Below the pieces are notes generated by a model that was given only the letters and a program-made list of their open reading frames with translations, was not told the DNA's origin and searched no databases. The translations under genes and the position numbers were made by a program. This document shows positions 48,295 through 61,300 of a stretch of 64,000 bases of DNA, one piece after another. The DNA comes from Carcharhinus amblyrhynchos (Eukaryota): NCBI GenBank assembly GCA_965287045.1, contig OZ336889.1, positions 45,446,001-45,510,000 on the forward strand. The letters are read 5' to 3'. Position 1 is the stretch's first letter. The number at the start of each line of letters is the position of its first letter.

Positions 48295-51200
48295 CCACTC
48301 TTCTCCACAGAGGCTGTGTTGAGTATTTCTAATATTTTCTTGTTCTATTCTGTCTTTGAATTTGTTGAACTGAACCTTCCAATGTCTTGAAAAGCTTACC
48401 ATTATCATGGTTACTTCCAAATGTATTCCGGTAAATAGCGGGTCCTGTAAATATCGATGTTCAGTGAGACTGCAGTGTACAAGTACATAGACTCAAGTAG
48501 GCAAATTATAAGATTTATCTTCCTGTAAGTGGATTAGAGTACAGGAATAAGACAATCTTGCTGTAGTTGTATAAGACCCGGGCACGGTGGAGAAATCATA
48601 CAATTCCTCAATGTGGACGAGGCCATTTGGCCCTTCGAATTTGCGCCGACAATTCCACCCAGGCGCAGTAACCCCTGCTAGTCGTGCTGACAGTCACGGG
48701 TAATTTTGCATGACCCAAGTTAAACTGCACATTTTTAGAGTTTGAAGGGAGACCAAGCGAAAACACAAACAGACACGGCGGAATATGAAAACTTCACACT
48801 GATAGTGACCCGAGTCTACAATTGAACCCGGGTCCCTGGCGCTTTGAGGCAGCAGTGCTAACTACTATGTCACAGTGCACACCTGAGATAGACAATTTGC
48901 CAGAACATGAAGGAAAGATATAGTTTCATTAATTCCTCGGACACTGTGTTGCCCTACTATCAGAGTCTGAGTAAATGAGGTCACCACTCTTTGAATTTTT
49001 AACGAATTAAAGATTAGTTTATTGAAATATGGAAGATTGGGAAAGGGAGGTCAAATCGTACAGAGGAGGTGATGACAAATGAGACAACAAAGTGTATTTT
49101 CCAGCATTTATTTTATCATCAAAAGCTCGTTGAAAAGATGTTAGTTCTTCAACATGACAGCAACATTCTGTTAATTCGCGATGTTTTGAAATGTTTAACG
49201 TTTTGCAACTTCATTAATTAAATTTAAGTTGATAATGTTATTGTCGATATGTTACAATGACTACAGCAACTAAAGAACAGGCACGACAGAGTTGAATTAA
49301 GCTCAGACATTAGAGAGAAAAGTACCATTCTAAATTTTCAATGAACAACACAAAGATAAATAAAAGAGCTGAACGGAACACAAACTCTGAACAATGAAAG
49401 GTAAGCATAACTTTAGCTAAAGATTAGAAGCACAACTTAAAACAAGAAAATACAGAAACCTCAGTCTGCCACCTGAAGCTGTGAGCGTTTGCCTTGGAGT
49501 GGTCGACAGAGTGTCGAGAGTCGAGGTATCAGGAAACATAGAGACAATGAGCAGCAGTAGGCCATTGGGCCCTTCATGCCTGTTCCACCATTCATTCTGA
49601 CCATAGCTAATCATCCAATTCAATATCTTGTTGAATCCTGAATGGATGCCCATTCCCCCCATATCCGTGGATCCCTTTAGCCACAAGAGCTACATCAAAT
49701 ATATTCTTACAATCAGAGAACATTTTGGCCTCAATTACATTCCATGGTAGTGAATTCCACGTATTCACCACCCTCTGTGTGAAGAACGTTCTCCTCACCT
49801 CAGTTCTCGAAGGTTTACCCCTTATTCTCAAACTTTGACCCCGTAGTTCTGGATTCCCCCACCACTGAGAAAATTCATTCTGAATCTACCCTGCCTAACC
49901 CTGTTAGAATTTCATAACTTTCCCTGACATCCTTTCTCATTCTTCCAAATTCAGTGACTATAATCCTAACCGACTTAGTCTGTCCCCGTACGACAGACTT
50001 TCCCTCCCAGGAATCATCCTGGTAAACCTTTGCTTTACACCGTCTATAGCAAGGACACCCTTCCTCAGATATGGACACCAAAACTGCACACAATGCTCCA
50101 TGTTTAGCCTCACCATCGCAGTAGTAGGGAAATTGCAGTTGAATTCTTAGTTTTAGATTAGTGTGCACACAGTCGAAGTATGTCAACCCAACCCGGTGCT
50201 GTGCTGAACTCTGGGACACAAACGCATCACATGACTTGATTTTAGCATCGCAGTCAAACTTGACAAGGAATAAAGGACACACGACCTTAAGGCAGTAAGG
50301 TAAAACATCAGGTTTAAACAATTACCAGTATGGAACTATCGACCACCCTAGCAATGAAAATGATCAGCCCCATTCCCTAAATTCAAAGTTCTTCTGTGCA
50401 AGGGAAAAGTAAGTACTAAATCATTCAGCCATGTTTATTGAATCAGTGCAGTTTCTGTGGGCGGAATTATGCGGCTGTGCCCTACCCGAAACTGGAAAAT
50501 CCTGCCAGAGATGAACCGGTCTTTCTAATCTCCACCCCTCAAACATTAAGATTCCTGTGGTGGGAAGAAAGGGAAAATTCACCGCTATGATTCTACGACT
50601 CTAAATAATACTTTCACAACTTGAAACCAATAAAACATTTGTTCATTTATACATATTAAATAATACTCATATTCAATAATTGAAACAAATTTAACAAAAT
50701 ACGGTTGGAGTGAGCCATCTGTATGAACTACGTAAAAGAAATCGCAAAAAAAATTGAAATGCAAATATAAATACGTATTTTTCTGAGAGCAGGAACCAGT
50801 TTTCAGTGCAAAACTGCCTTTTGGAACGCGGACCTCAAAGGGCGTTCCCGTGCTGGCCGCGTCATAAGGAAGCGTCTCTCTTGCGATACGCTGGGGCCTG
50901 GTCAGATGACTTTGTTGTGTGTTCCAGCCTGTTGCGTACATCGGTAGTTTCGGCGCAGCTCCTCAAGAGGCCTGAGGATGCAATTTGTTTCTATTTTTAA
51001 CAGATCGTACATTGGCCATTCGAATTTATGGGCCAAGGAATTTTTCGGTGCTGACTTGGTCTGGGAAATTGTGTCCGAATTTCCAATGGAAGTGCATCCT
51101 CCCGCTGCGAAACCGTTTCCCCAAGAACCAGCGTGAGGCAGAAGAGTCCTCACCACATCCCCTAATGATGCCGGCAGACTTGGAATGTCCATCAAGGGCC

Positions 51201-54200
51201 GCTTTGGAACTTGCAATTTTACATTCAAAGCAGAAGGATTTCCCTGCTGTTATAAAGGTATATTTGTTCGAGGGTTTTAGGGTAACTTGAGACTAAAAGA
51301 CAAATAGATTAAGATAAACTAATTTAGAGTGGGTATTGTACAGAAAAATTACAAAGTACCTGGAACCATAAAGATACTGTTTGCATAGAAACACATATAA
51401 GCACTGTTAGACAATTTAAACTTTTTTTTTAATATTCTGTATAGCTTGGCTAACTACACACTGCCCCAAGGCATGGTGGGATGTAGGTGAGTAAAAAGAA
51501 CCAAATTCTTTGAAAACATTACAGCCACTAAGTGAAGTAGAAAAAGACTCTCTTTTCAGCATGGGCATCAGATAGTTCGAGCAATCCCAGACAGACAAAT
51601 GAATGGAATAATACAATTTTCCCATGAAAAAAAGTCCGTAGTACACAGTGGGAAAGGAACTTTTGAACGCTATGAACTTATATATATAGGGCTGTTAGGA
51701 GACAGTGGGCAAGGGCGCCTGGACTCCATGGATATATGTATTTTTATGCTACATGAGGGTTGAATGATACTGGCCAAATAATTCATACTAACACGATTGG
51801 CTTATCTGGTTAGGACGAACAGAGTAGGCAGATGATTTCTGAAAAATGTATGTAATACCTCTAACAATATAATTCTAAATAATTTGGTCTTCCCCACATA
51901 ATTCTCCAACCCACGTTGAACACGCCTGGACAACAAAGAATGTCTTCAAACACAATTAGCGTTTCTGTGAGTTCTTTATATTTACTGAGCTGTAATTAAT
52001 AAAAAGAAATGCCTCACGTAAAAGCAAGCATAATACATGGGTCTCTGAAAAGCTCCTACAATGTTGAAGCATTTTTAATATTTAAGTATTTATTGTATGT
52101 AGTTGATGCTGTTGTTATTGGCTCACTTAAGAATTAATTTTTATTTTGTACTGATTGAAGAGGAGTATTATTTAATGTATAAACGGATTTGATTATTTGT
52201 TCTAAATTTGTGAAGCTACTATTTAAATCAGCATTATATTAATATCTAACTTAATGCAGAGCATGCATAGAAAAAAATTGAATCCGCATTATATTATTTC
52301 AAAAGGTTTTATAAGTGTTCCTGTGTTTTAATTTAGAACATTGAAACTGTACATTTCATTGGGAAACTGAGAGATCAGAACTTTTCAGGCCAAGATTTCC
52401 ATGAGATTGAGCAAAGCAGAGTTCAGATTTTGGGTCTTGTAAAATCTAAATGTGCTCATCATTAGCATTCTTCTACCTTGCTCAATTGATTTCTGATTCT
52501 CACAATTAATTGTTCTGTGTGTTTCTACAAAGCGTTTGCATAATCCATGTTTAAAAGTTTTGTTATGTTCAGTAAAATATTCGTAGAATCTCATAGTTTA
52601 ATGGGACGCATTTATCAACAGAACTAATGTTATAAAAGAAAACTTTGATACTACATTAACGTTTAACTAAATATCTTACTTTAGTAGCTGACTCATCTTA
52701 GTTGTTTAATTGCCTCATCTTATCAGATTGCTTCCAAAATGCATGTCTCTATATCAACATGCAGAGAAATATTTCACACGATCACACAACAGTTCTGTTG
52801 TCTCTAAACGAGGAGGTAAGGAAGGGATATGAAGTAGGATGGGGAGATGAAGGAGAGGATGTGTGAGGGGAGGGCAAAGGGGAAGGGATAAGGGGAGAGG
52901 TAAAAGGGGGAGGGTTAAGAGAGAGAGAGTAAATAGAGGGAGCGGTAAAGGTGGAGAGGAGGAAATGGGGACGGGAAAATGGGAAGGGGAACGGTGAGGG
53001 AGAAATGGAGGAGTGAGTGTGGGGAGGGGAAAATTGGGGAGGAGGAAATCAGGAGGGGGAAAAGGAGGAGGGGAAAAGGAGGATGGAGAAAAGTGGAGGG
53101 AGAAAATAAGGAATGGAAGAAGCAGGGTGCGGGATAATTGGGGAGTGGGATAAGGGAAAAAATGGGGGAAGATTTGCTTTTAACACATAGACTTACTCTT
53201 CCACGCCTGCATCAAAGGCTCAAAAAGAACTTCAGTTAAGTATAAAGTAAAAAGCACAGCTTTACAGCGGTGGTGGAAAATGCCTCCAGATTCTGTATCC
53301 TGTAACGTTAAATCAGGGAGACTCTTACAATAGAGTTAGACAATGTTGCAAATATATTCTGACATCCAAATGCTGAAATTTTTTCTATCTTCGTTATATA
53401 AGAACGTGTTTGCCCTAGAATTATTCTCATGACAAAATGTTTAAAATCTTTCTCTTACTTTCCTTGTATTCCAAATATGTTAAATATCTTTATTTAAAAT
53501 TTGCAAAACAATCACCCATGGAATGTCTGCTGCCTCTACTCGCTGCAGCTGGACCGAAGAATAAGTGTGCAAATAAATATGGGCAAAAACTGACTTAACA
53601 TCAGCGCAGGTGACGGAGGTTTTGGCACAATTGCAACGCTTCAATATCGGATCAACGCATCAACGCTTCAATATCGGCAGCTTTGCAAACCTCAATCAGA
53701 GGTACAAAACTGGTGCTCCTTGACTGCGCATGCGCTGGGACTTGCGTGTTGTTCCGACGCGCATGCGCGGGGCACGATCGACTTTAACTCGCATTCGGGC
53801 AGCAAGTTTCTGGCTTCTTATTCTGCTGACCTTTCTGATTTCTCAAACTGGGTCTGACATTTCCCACATGTTAATGAATTCCCCAGAACATGGACTTGCA
53901 AATATGCAGCACCCTCGCCACCTGCTGTTTGGACTGCGGTGTGGCACTTCCTTCCACTGAAGCCATGGCATCAGCGTTCCTCAAAGTCGTGACCTGGTAT
54001 TTACACATTGCCCCATTTTCAGGAACTTGGATGTTTAAAACGAACACGACTCACTGCACCGCTACACCTGCCTTCACACACAGGTTGTACATCCCCCTGT
54101 TCCATTCGACGATGCTGCTTTTCCTCCACCAACACAGTTTAGACATCTCGTTCCTTTGAAACTCTCTCCCCTGTTTCCCCTACAGCACCTCTTTCACTAA

Positions 54201-54790
54201 CTCACCACCATGGCCTACTGGTATGTCCAAGGACAACTGTGAATCCAGCAGAGGAAAATATTTGCAATTATTCATCGGATGAAGTAAACGTTCCTCCTCA
54301 CACACAGTTTAAACATTCAGTTAGTGATATCTCGTTTGCGCATTATAACACTCGAATGAACACTAGCTACTTGAGGGTTAATGATCCCCGCCCCCCTCCC
54401 CCCACAGTTACCGGACAAATTCCCGGTATTCAGTGCGGTCATTCAGGAGGATAACACAGCCCCTGGGCAAACGGTGCCCCCTGACATTCTGGGCAACCGT
54501 TCCTTGTGAAAGCAAATATTGATACATTTTTTGCAGTTACTCGAGACAGCTTTGACCATACTAAAGCAAACGGAAAATCCCACTCTGAGAATAAAAATTA
54601 GACACAACATTTGGTGAGAAGTCAGCACCATCTCGAAACCACGGAAATTTGCCACATCTTCAATGAGGAACAGTTCAAATCACGTGTCCTTTTAACCTAA
54701 GATTTAAATTGTATAACGAACAGCATGGATTCATATACATGCCCAGGCTCAACTTCCAAGGCATTGAATTTCTTACGGCATTCACAACAT

Positions 54791-55602
54791 AAGAACATAA
54801 GAAATAGGAGCAGGAGTAGGCCATCTAGCCCTTCGAGCCTGCCCCGCCATTCAATAAGATCATGGCTGATCTGTCGTGGCTCAGTTCCACATTCCCGCCC
54901 TCTCCCCATAACCCTTAATCCCCTCTCTTATCAAAAACACATCAACCAGCTTCTTGAAAATATTTAGCGAGGCAGCCTCCACCACTTCAACGGGTAGAGA
55001 ATTCCAGAGATTCACCACCCTTTGAGTGAAGAAGTTCCTCCTCAACTCCGTTCTAAAACGCCCCCCCCCCTTTATCTTGAGGCTGTGCCCCCTAGTCCTA
55101 CTGTCTCTTTTGAGCGGGAAAAGTCTCTCCACCTCTATCCTATCCATCCCATTCATCATCTTATACGTCTCAATGAGATCTCCCCTCATTCTTCTAAACT
55201 CCAACGAGTACAAGCCTAGTTTATTCAGCCTCTCCTCATAGCTCAACCCCCTCAACTCCGGTATCAGCCTAGTAAACCTCCTCTGCACTCCCTCCAAGGC
55301 CAAAATATCTTTGCGCAGGTGCGGCGCCCAAAACTGCACACAGTACTCCAGCTGCGGCCTCACCAATGCCCTATACAGCTGCAGCAAGACCTCCCTACTT
55401 TTACATTCAATCCCCTTCGCTATGAAGGCCAGCATCCCATTGGCCTTCCTGACCACCTGCTGCACCTGCAGGCTGGGTTTTTGCGACTCATGCACAAGGA
55501 CCCCGAGGTCCCTCTGCACCGTCGCCTGCTGCAGTTTTTCGCCCCTTCAACGGGCAGAGAATTCCAGAGATTCACCACCCTTTGAGTGAAGAAGTTCCTC
55601 CT
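54791..55602 (-). mobile_element. Young CR1 insertion private to unit 3
   Basis: Open 212-aa ORF2 C-terminus, (cataagaa)n tail, cat at both junctions. Empty sites at ~13682 and ~34868. Confidence 0.96.
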
Positions 55603-58151
55603 CATCGCCAGCTTATCTGCCAAAGGACACCTCTGAACCCGTCAGAATGAAATGTTTATAAATATTTATGACATGAATAAATATTCCATTCTCTTACATG
55701 GTTCAAACACTCAGTTAGTGACGTATCGTTTGTACGTTCCAGCATTAGTCTGAGCCCTGGTTCCTCTCACGCTACTGGTTCCCAATAGTTACCTAGGCAC
55801 CTCAGTGAGGTCAGACACGAAGGTGACACCGCCCAGTTCATTGAGTGCCTCCAGGCATTATGGGTAACCATTTTCTCAATAAATGAAAAAAACCTTATTT
55901 TCTTGCTAACTTGTCTTCTGAAACCCTTTGTACAGTTAATGGAGACAAACGTAATGATACAGAAACAAACTGAAACGTCCACATTGTGCCAACGAAGGTG
56001 GAGATTACAGTTGATGTCAAGGGCGGCACTATCTTCAAACAACTGGATTTTTCGACACTTATGAAATGAGGAAACATACACATCCAATTGCCTTTTAACT
56101 TTCTACAATCAAACTGAGATTTTTTTGTTCAAATATCATGGATTCATATCCATGTCCTGGCAGAACGCCCAAATCATTGATAGTTTTACGGCACTTGTTC
56201 TCCTGTAAATAAATGGCACGCTTCTACTTTCAATCACTGCCTGTCAATTTCTTTCCAGGCTAAGGTGTTGATTTTTCTTGGACGACTTCAACCTTCCATT
56301 ACCGAAGACGCGGCGATGCCTCGTTTCAAGTTCACAAAGCCGAATTTTCAGATCTGTATCCATTACATTATGAAACAATTTATTCTGATTCACATTCTGC
56401 GATGCAACAGGTTCTGAAGTCAATCAAATGATTCATTTCTGCTTGGCCAAGGTAACAATTCTCCAAAATGTACTTCCCCATTTATTTTACTGTCAGTATT
56501 TAATGGTTTAATTCAACGCTTTTCGCGTTCTTTAAATCAAGTTAAAGGTGTGCAGACCCCTGAAAGCAACTGAGATGTTTAACATTATTTTTTAAATCCT
56601 TTAAATTCATTTAGAACTTTGGAAAGCACCCGGCGGAGGACTGAAGGGATTTCAACGGCCGTTCCGTCAAATGATGACTTCAATCGGGCTGTCACTTCTG
56701 CGACTCGCCTATACTCCTGGTGCCTGTCTCCGTGGACAGCTGAATCCGGCAGCAGGGATATGAAGACCCGAAACCTGCAGGGGTAAACGTTAAATCTGCA
56801 GATTCAATAGTGGTCAGCGGCACGACAGCCTCGCAGCCAACCGGATCCTCTGCGGAATAATTCTTTAAAAATTCAGATGTGCATTGCTGTGACGTCGCCA
56901 AACATTGTAAAGAGCCAATTGCATTACACTATTCTTACAGACAGTAAATTAAGAAGTACAAATTCGCCCGTCATTAAAAGCCGAGACAAACCTCATTCAG
57001 GAAGCTGTAAATAGTAGTGTAAGCAGAGAGCCTAATGGTGTAATAACACAAGTTGTTGAAAATTCAACAGTTTGGAGCTGATTGCAGTTGTCAGGAACCT
57101 GGCTGATGTTATCTGAGAGGATGTCCCAACCTGAAGCAGCGGGAAATGGGTGTGTATAAATGTGTTTACAGGAATGGTGTGAGGAATAATGTGCACGACC
57201 CAACGAGAACAGTGGACAGCCCATTCGGAGTACAGCACTATTAAAGACTATTTACTACAATAAATCGACTTATACACACTAATAGGACTGTAATGATGTA
57301 AGACAGTGATGTATAGGAACTATTAATTCACCGACACAGTATACGCAGAAATTAAATTACTTACGAGATCTGAACGATTTCAGGACTTTCCTCTCCCTGA
57401 ACAACATCCAATTCAACAGATTTGTAAGTGACTGTCAGCTTATAGTTACCACACTGTATCGGATTGTTTAAGTTTATTTATTAGTGTCACGGGTAGGGTT
57501 ACATTAACACTACAATGAAGTCACTCTGCAAATCCATTAGTCGCCTTACTACGGTGCCTATTCGAGTACACTGAGGTAGAATTTAGAAAGGCCAATGCAT
57601 CGAACCAGCACGTCTTTGGGAAAGTGGAGCACCCGACGAAACCCAGGCAGACACGGAGAGAACGTGCAGATTCCGCACAATTATTGACCCGGGTCCCTGG
57701 CGCTCTTAGGCAGTAGTGCTAAACACTGAGCCACAGTGAGAATTTATTCTGGGGAATGTCTCGTCTTCATTCAGTGAAAATATGACTTTAACTGACTCCA
57801 TTAAGATGTCTGCACTCATGCCTCGAGTCTGCTAGCTGGAACTGGCTTACAGGTTGCTGGATGGAACCAGCCTCTCTACTGTAAATGTGTGGACATCAGG
57901 ATTACTGTAAATTCCAGAGGAGTAATGATATCAGACACCCACTGATTCACTGAGAAAGGTACCCGCAAAAATTTAGAGTCCCAAAAGCAGACATCCTGGT
58001 GCCTGTCAGCATTTTCACTTGCAGTTAGCGCAAGCTCAATTTGCATAATTGTTCTTCATGTTCCAACCTCTCTATCCTTACACATTCCGTAAGGCCTATT
58101 CAGAATCCTCTCAATATCAATGATATATGTTGTCTTATGGCAATTAGAATT

Positions 58152-58330
58152 ATACAGTAAGAAGTCTCACAACACCAGGTTAAAGTCCATCAGGTGAGTC
58201 ACCTGATGAAGGGGCAGCGCTCTGAAAGCTTGTGGCTTGTACTACCAAATAAATCTGTTGAACTTTAACCTGGTGTTGTGAGACTTCTTACTGTGCTTAC
58301 CCCAGTCCAACGCCGGCATCGCCACATCAT
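58152..58330 (+). mobile_element. Penelope-like element end with inverted terminal repeat, TSD and hammerhead motif
   Basis: acagtaagaagtctcacaacaccaggttaaagt is inverted later as actttaacctggtgttgtgagacttcttactgt. CTGATGA...GAAA core at 58203-58227. aattagaatt duplicated at 58142-58151 and 58331-58340. Confidence 0.8.
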
Positions 58331-61300
58331 AATTAGAATTGCACACAGCATTCTCTGTGTGGATTTACCGATGACTTGAATAGTGACACTGTTATGACTC
58401 TATTCCTCCTCGATGTTGATCGCTTGAAAGGAACCCAAAGTCTCATTAGAATTAGTCACTGCTTCCAATATTACTGAGAAATCTTCGACTTATTATCAAT
58501 GAATAAGACAGCACCCCTTTTTTCTCATTTTTCATTTTGTACCCACATTACCTCATCGCTATAGAAATATGAGTACCCTCCTGAATTATTTTCCCCACTT
58601 CACATTTCTCTATATTGAAATTCATCTGGTGGAGGTCTGCAAAATTCCAAGCCCCATTCAAAATCTCTCCAGGGTGAATATGTTTTGCTTCTGAGTCCAT
58701 TGTTTCCTCACCTACTTTCAGTTAGACCTTTTGCCATCGTGTCCTTGACTCCCAGCTCAGGTCGCATATGAAGATATTAAACAAAATACATCCTCCCATA
58801 TTGCACACGTGGGTAATATTCCAAGGATGACGAAAATCTTTGGGACACAGGCCTCCGGAATCTCGTGATTAACAATTATTTATTCTCACGATCATGTTAA
58901 TTGGATGTGCGTGATGTTAACCATTCAATTTATCAGCTGATTGAATTCATATTCAACTGTTTAAAATATGTTTACAAAACAAACTAAGTCACTGAATAAA
59001 GATAGCTGCCGCAAGTCACCTGGAGCCTGGTATTACCCGATGACCAGTTTTACGGACAGTTCCGATGAGGAATACAACTAAGACACCTTCATGGAATGTA
59101 ACATTGCCGATTTCAAGAACTACTTTAAAATAATTACCGAAAATGTGCCGCCCCTCAAACGTATATTTCCATAATGCGATCTGTTTCTCAGACTCAGAAC
59201 GACGACCAGTACAAAAGTTAAATAGACACGCAATCCTCCTGTCTCATCAAGATGCATAATGAATCTGATGTACCTGATGACAGGGATTTTACGGATGTGT
59301 GTTCTGGTATCAGCTGAGATGATTATGGCGAGAGAGGTCAGGTGACTCAAATAGCAGAATACAGAACACAAGCTGCGACAACAGGTATCGGAGATCAATG
59401 TGCCAGTGAGCCGAAATACAGCACCATCAATTTAAATCAATTCTCTGTGGAAATGCACTTTTAGATTGATTTCAATTCCTGGAATCCCAAGACCAACATG
59501 AAAAAAATCTGACAGCCACAGATACTAGTAAAATACTCGTCACAGTGATATTTTCCCTTACTTTTCCTTATAGCATTGAATTTTAACTTGACTAAGGAAA
59601 TAGCCGCCTACTGCAAAGCTTGGTAATTCAGCGTGTTTTATTGTGTGGGGTGAGCATATTCCGAAATTGAGATTTACCTTGTGAAATATCCCTTCACCTG
59701 GGTGGGATTTTATATCCACGCAAGTTAACCGTTTTTCTTGTTTTCAACGCACGGAATCTAGCCAGATTAAGTTATTTGATAACGACACAAAAACGATTAA
59801 TCACAGACAGCTAACTTCATCTTCGTTTAATACAGACCCCACCACCCATAGCTCCACCCGCACCTCTCGTCCACCCCCACCACCCAAAATACAAAGGTCT
59901 GTTATGGTCTGACTTGGAGAGGTATGATAAGGGAGTCCTGTGCACCCCTCTTCAAGTGGGAGTAAGACTATCCGTTGTGACATATTTCAAATCGTTAGTG
60001 CGTTCTTCAATTCCAGTACCAATCTTTCCGCAGGATCTTTATCAAATGTCTCTCTGAAATCCAAGTACCAGACTTTGCAGTTACCAAAGCCCTTTACCAA
60101 AGAAACACAATAAGTTAGGTTAATGACTTCTCGGTCATGTCTCTAATGTCCAGTATTTGTAGATCTGCTTTCTGTACAGACGCTTGATGATATTATCTTT
60201 AGTAAATGTTTCCCAAATTTTCCACACGATGGGCGGTAGACTCAACACATGTGTTTCCATGAATCACTTTTTCTACCATTGAAATAAGTAACCTGCTTTT
60301 GTCCCGTGTCCAGACACGTTCCCAGTATTCAGCAATTTCTCGGTTATTTCTGCCAGAGCTCCTGCAGTTTCCTACATTAAGATCTTTTGGAAGCAATTGG
60401 TCTGGCTATGGATCGATTGTCAAGTGTTATTATCGCTGGACTATTAATCCAGAAACTCAGCTAATGTCCTGTGGCCAATGGTTCGAATCCCGCTACGGCA
60501 GTTGGTGCAATTAAAAAAGCCTGGAATTGAGAAACATGAAACGATTGTTGGAAAACCCCATCTGATTCACTAATGTACCTTTAGGGAAGGAAATCTGCCG
60601 TCTTTGCCTGGTCAGGCCTACGTGTGACACGAGAGCCGCAGCAACGTGGCTAATTCCCAACTTCCGTCTGATCAAGAGCAACTAGGGATGGACAATAAGT
60701 GCTAGGCTTCCAGCGACGTCCGTGTCCCACGAATGAATAAAAAACAATGCGCCCCTATTGGGTTTTCACAGCTGTTTGGCCATCATTTGCTCTCATTTGG
60801 GAAGTACGTTATTAACAAGGAATTGAGTATCAATTACGCGCCGGTATCAGGAGTCAGGAATAGGAGAGATCACGTATTGTGCATCTCCATGAGTTTGAAT
60901 CAATCTGGGTAGAGTTCATGCATTGCTCAAAGTGGAGTCTGTTCCTTAACGGCGCATTGAAAAGTTCGAAGAAGTTGGTTCCAGAATTTAATTGAAATGA
61001 ACACATTCCTTTATTTAGAGACCATTCAGTAATATGAGGCGATCATGGATTTCTTTCCCACGTTTCCTTCACGGCAAAAAAAAATGTTTTTGGACGCTTC
61101 CCCTCTCACAACTCCATGCCATCCCTCGAATGCATCATTTGCAATCATGGAGCAGTAGTATATACAGAAGGAGGCGGCTCTGCCGGTCAAGACTGAATGG
61201 CGCTTTGGAAAGGAGATCCGTGAAATCCCACTCAAATCATCTTTCCCCTGATAATTCTCCTCCTGACAATTTTCCTCCTGACAATTCTCCTCATTACAAT

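Noticed and set aside
61246-61292. 15-bp repeat cctgacaattctcct (2 copies in units 1 and 2, 3 in unit 3) and a small duplication near 53634-53680
   Set aside because: Ordinary slippage with no spacers; not CRISPR-like.
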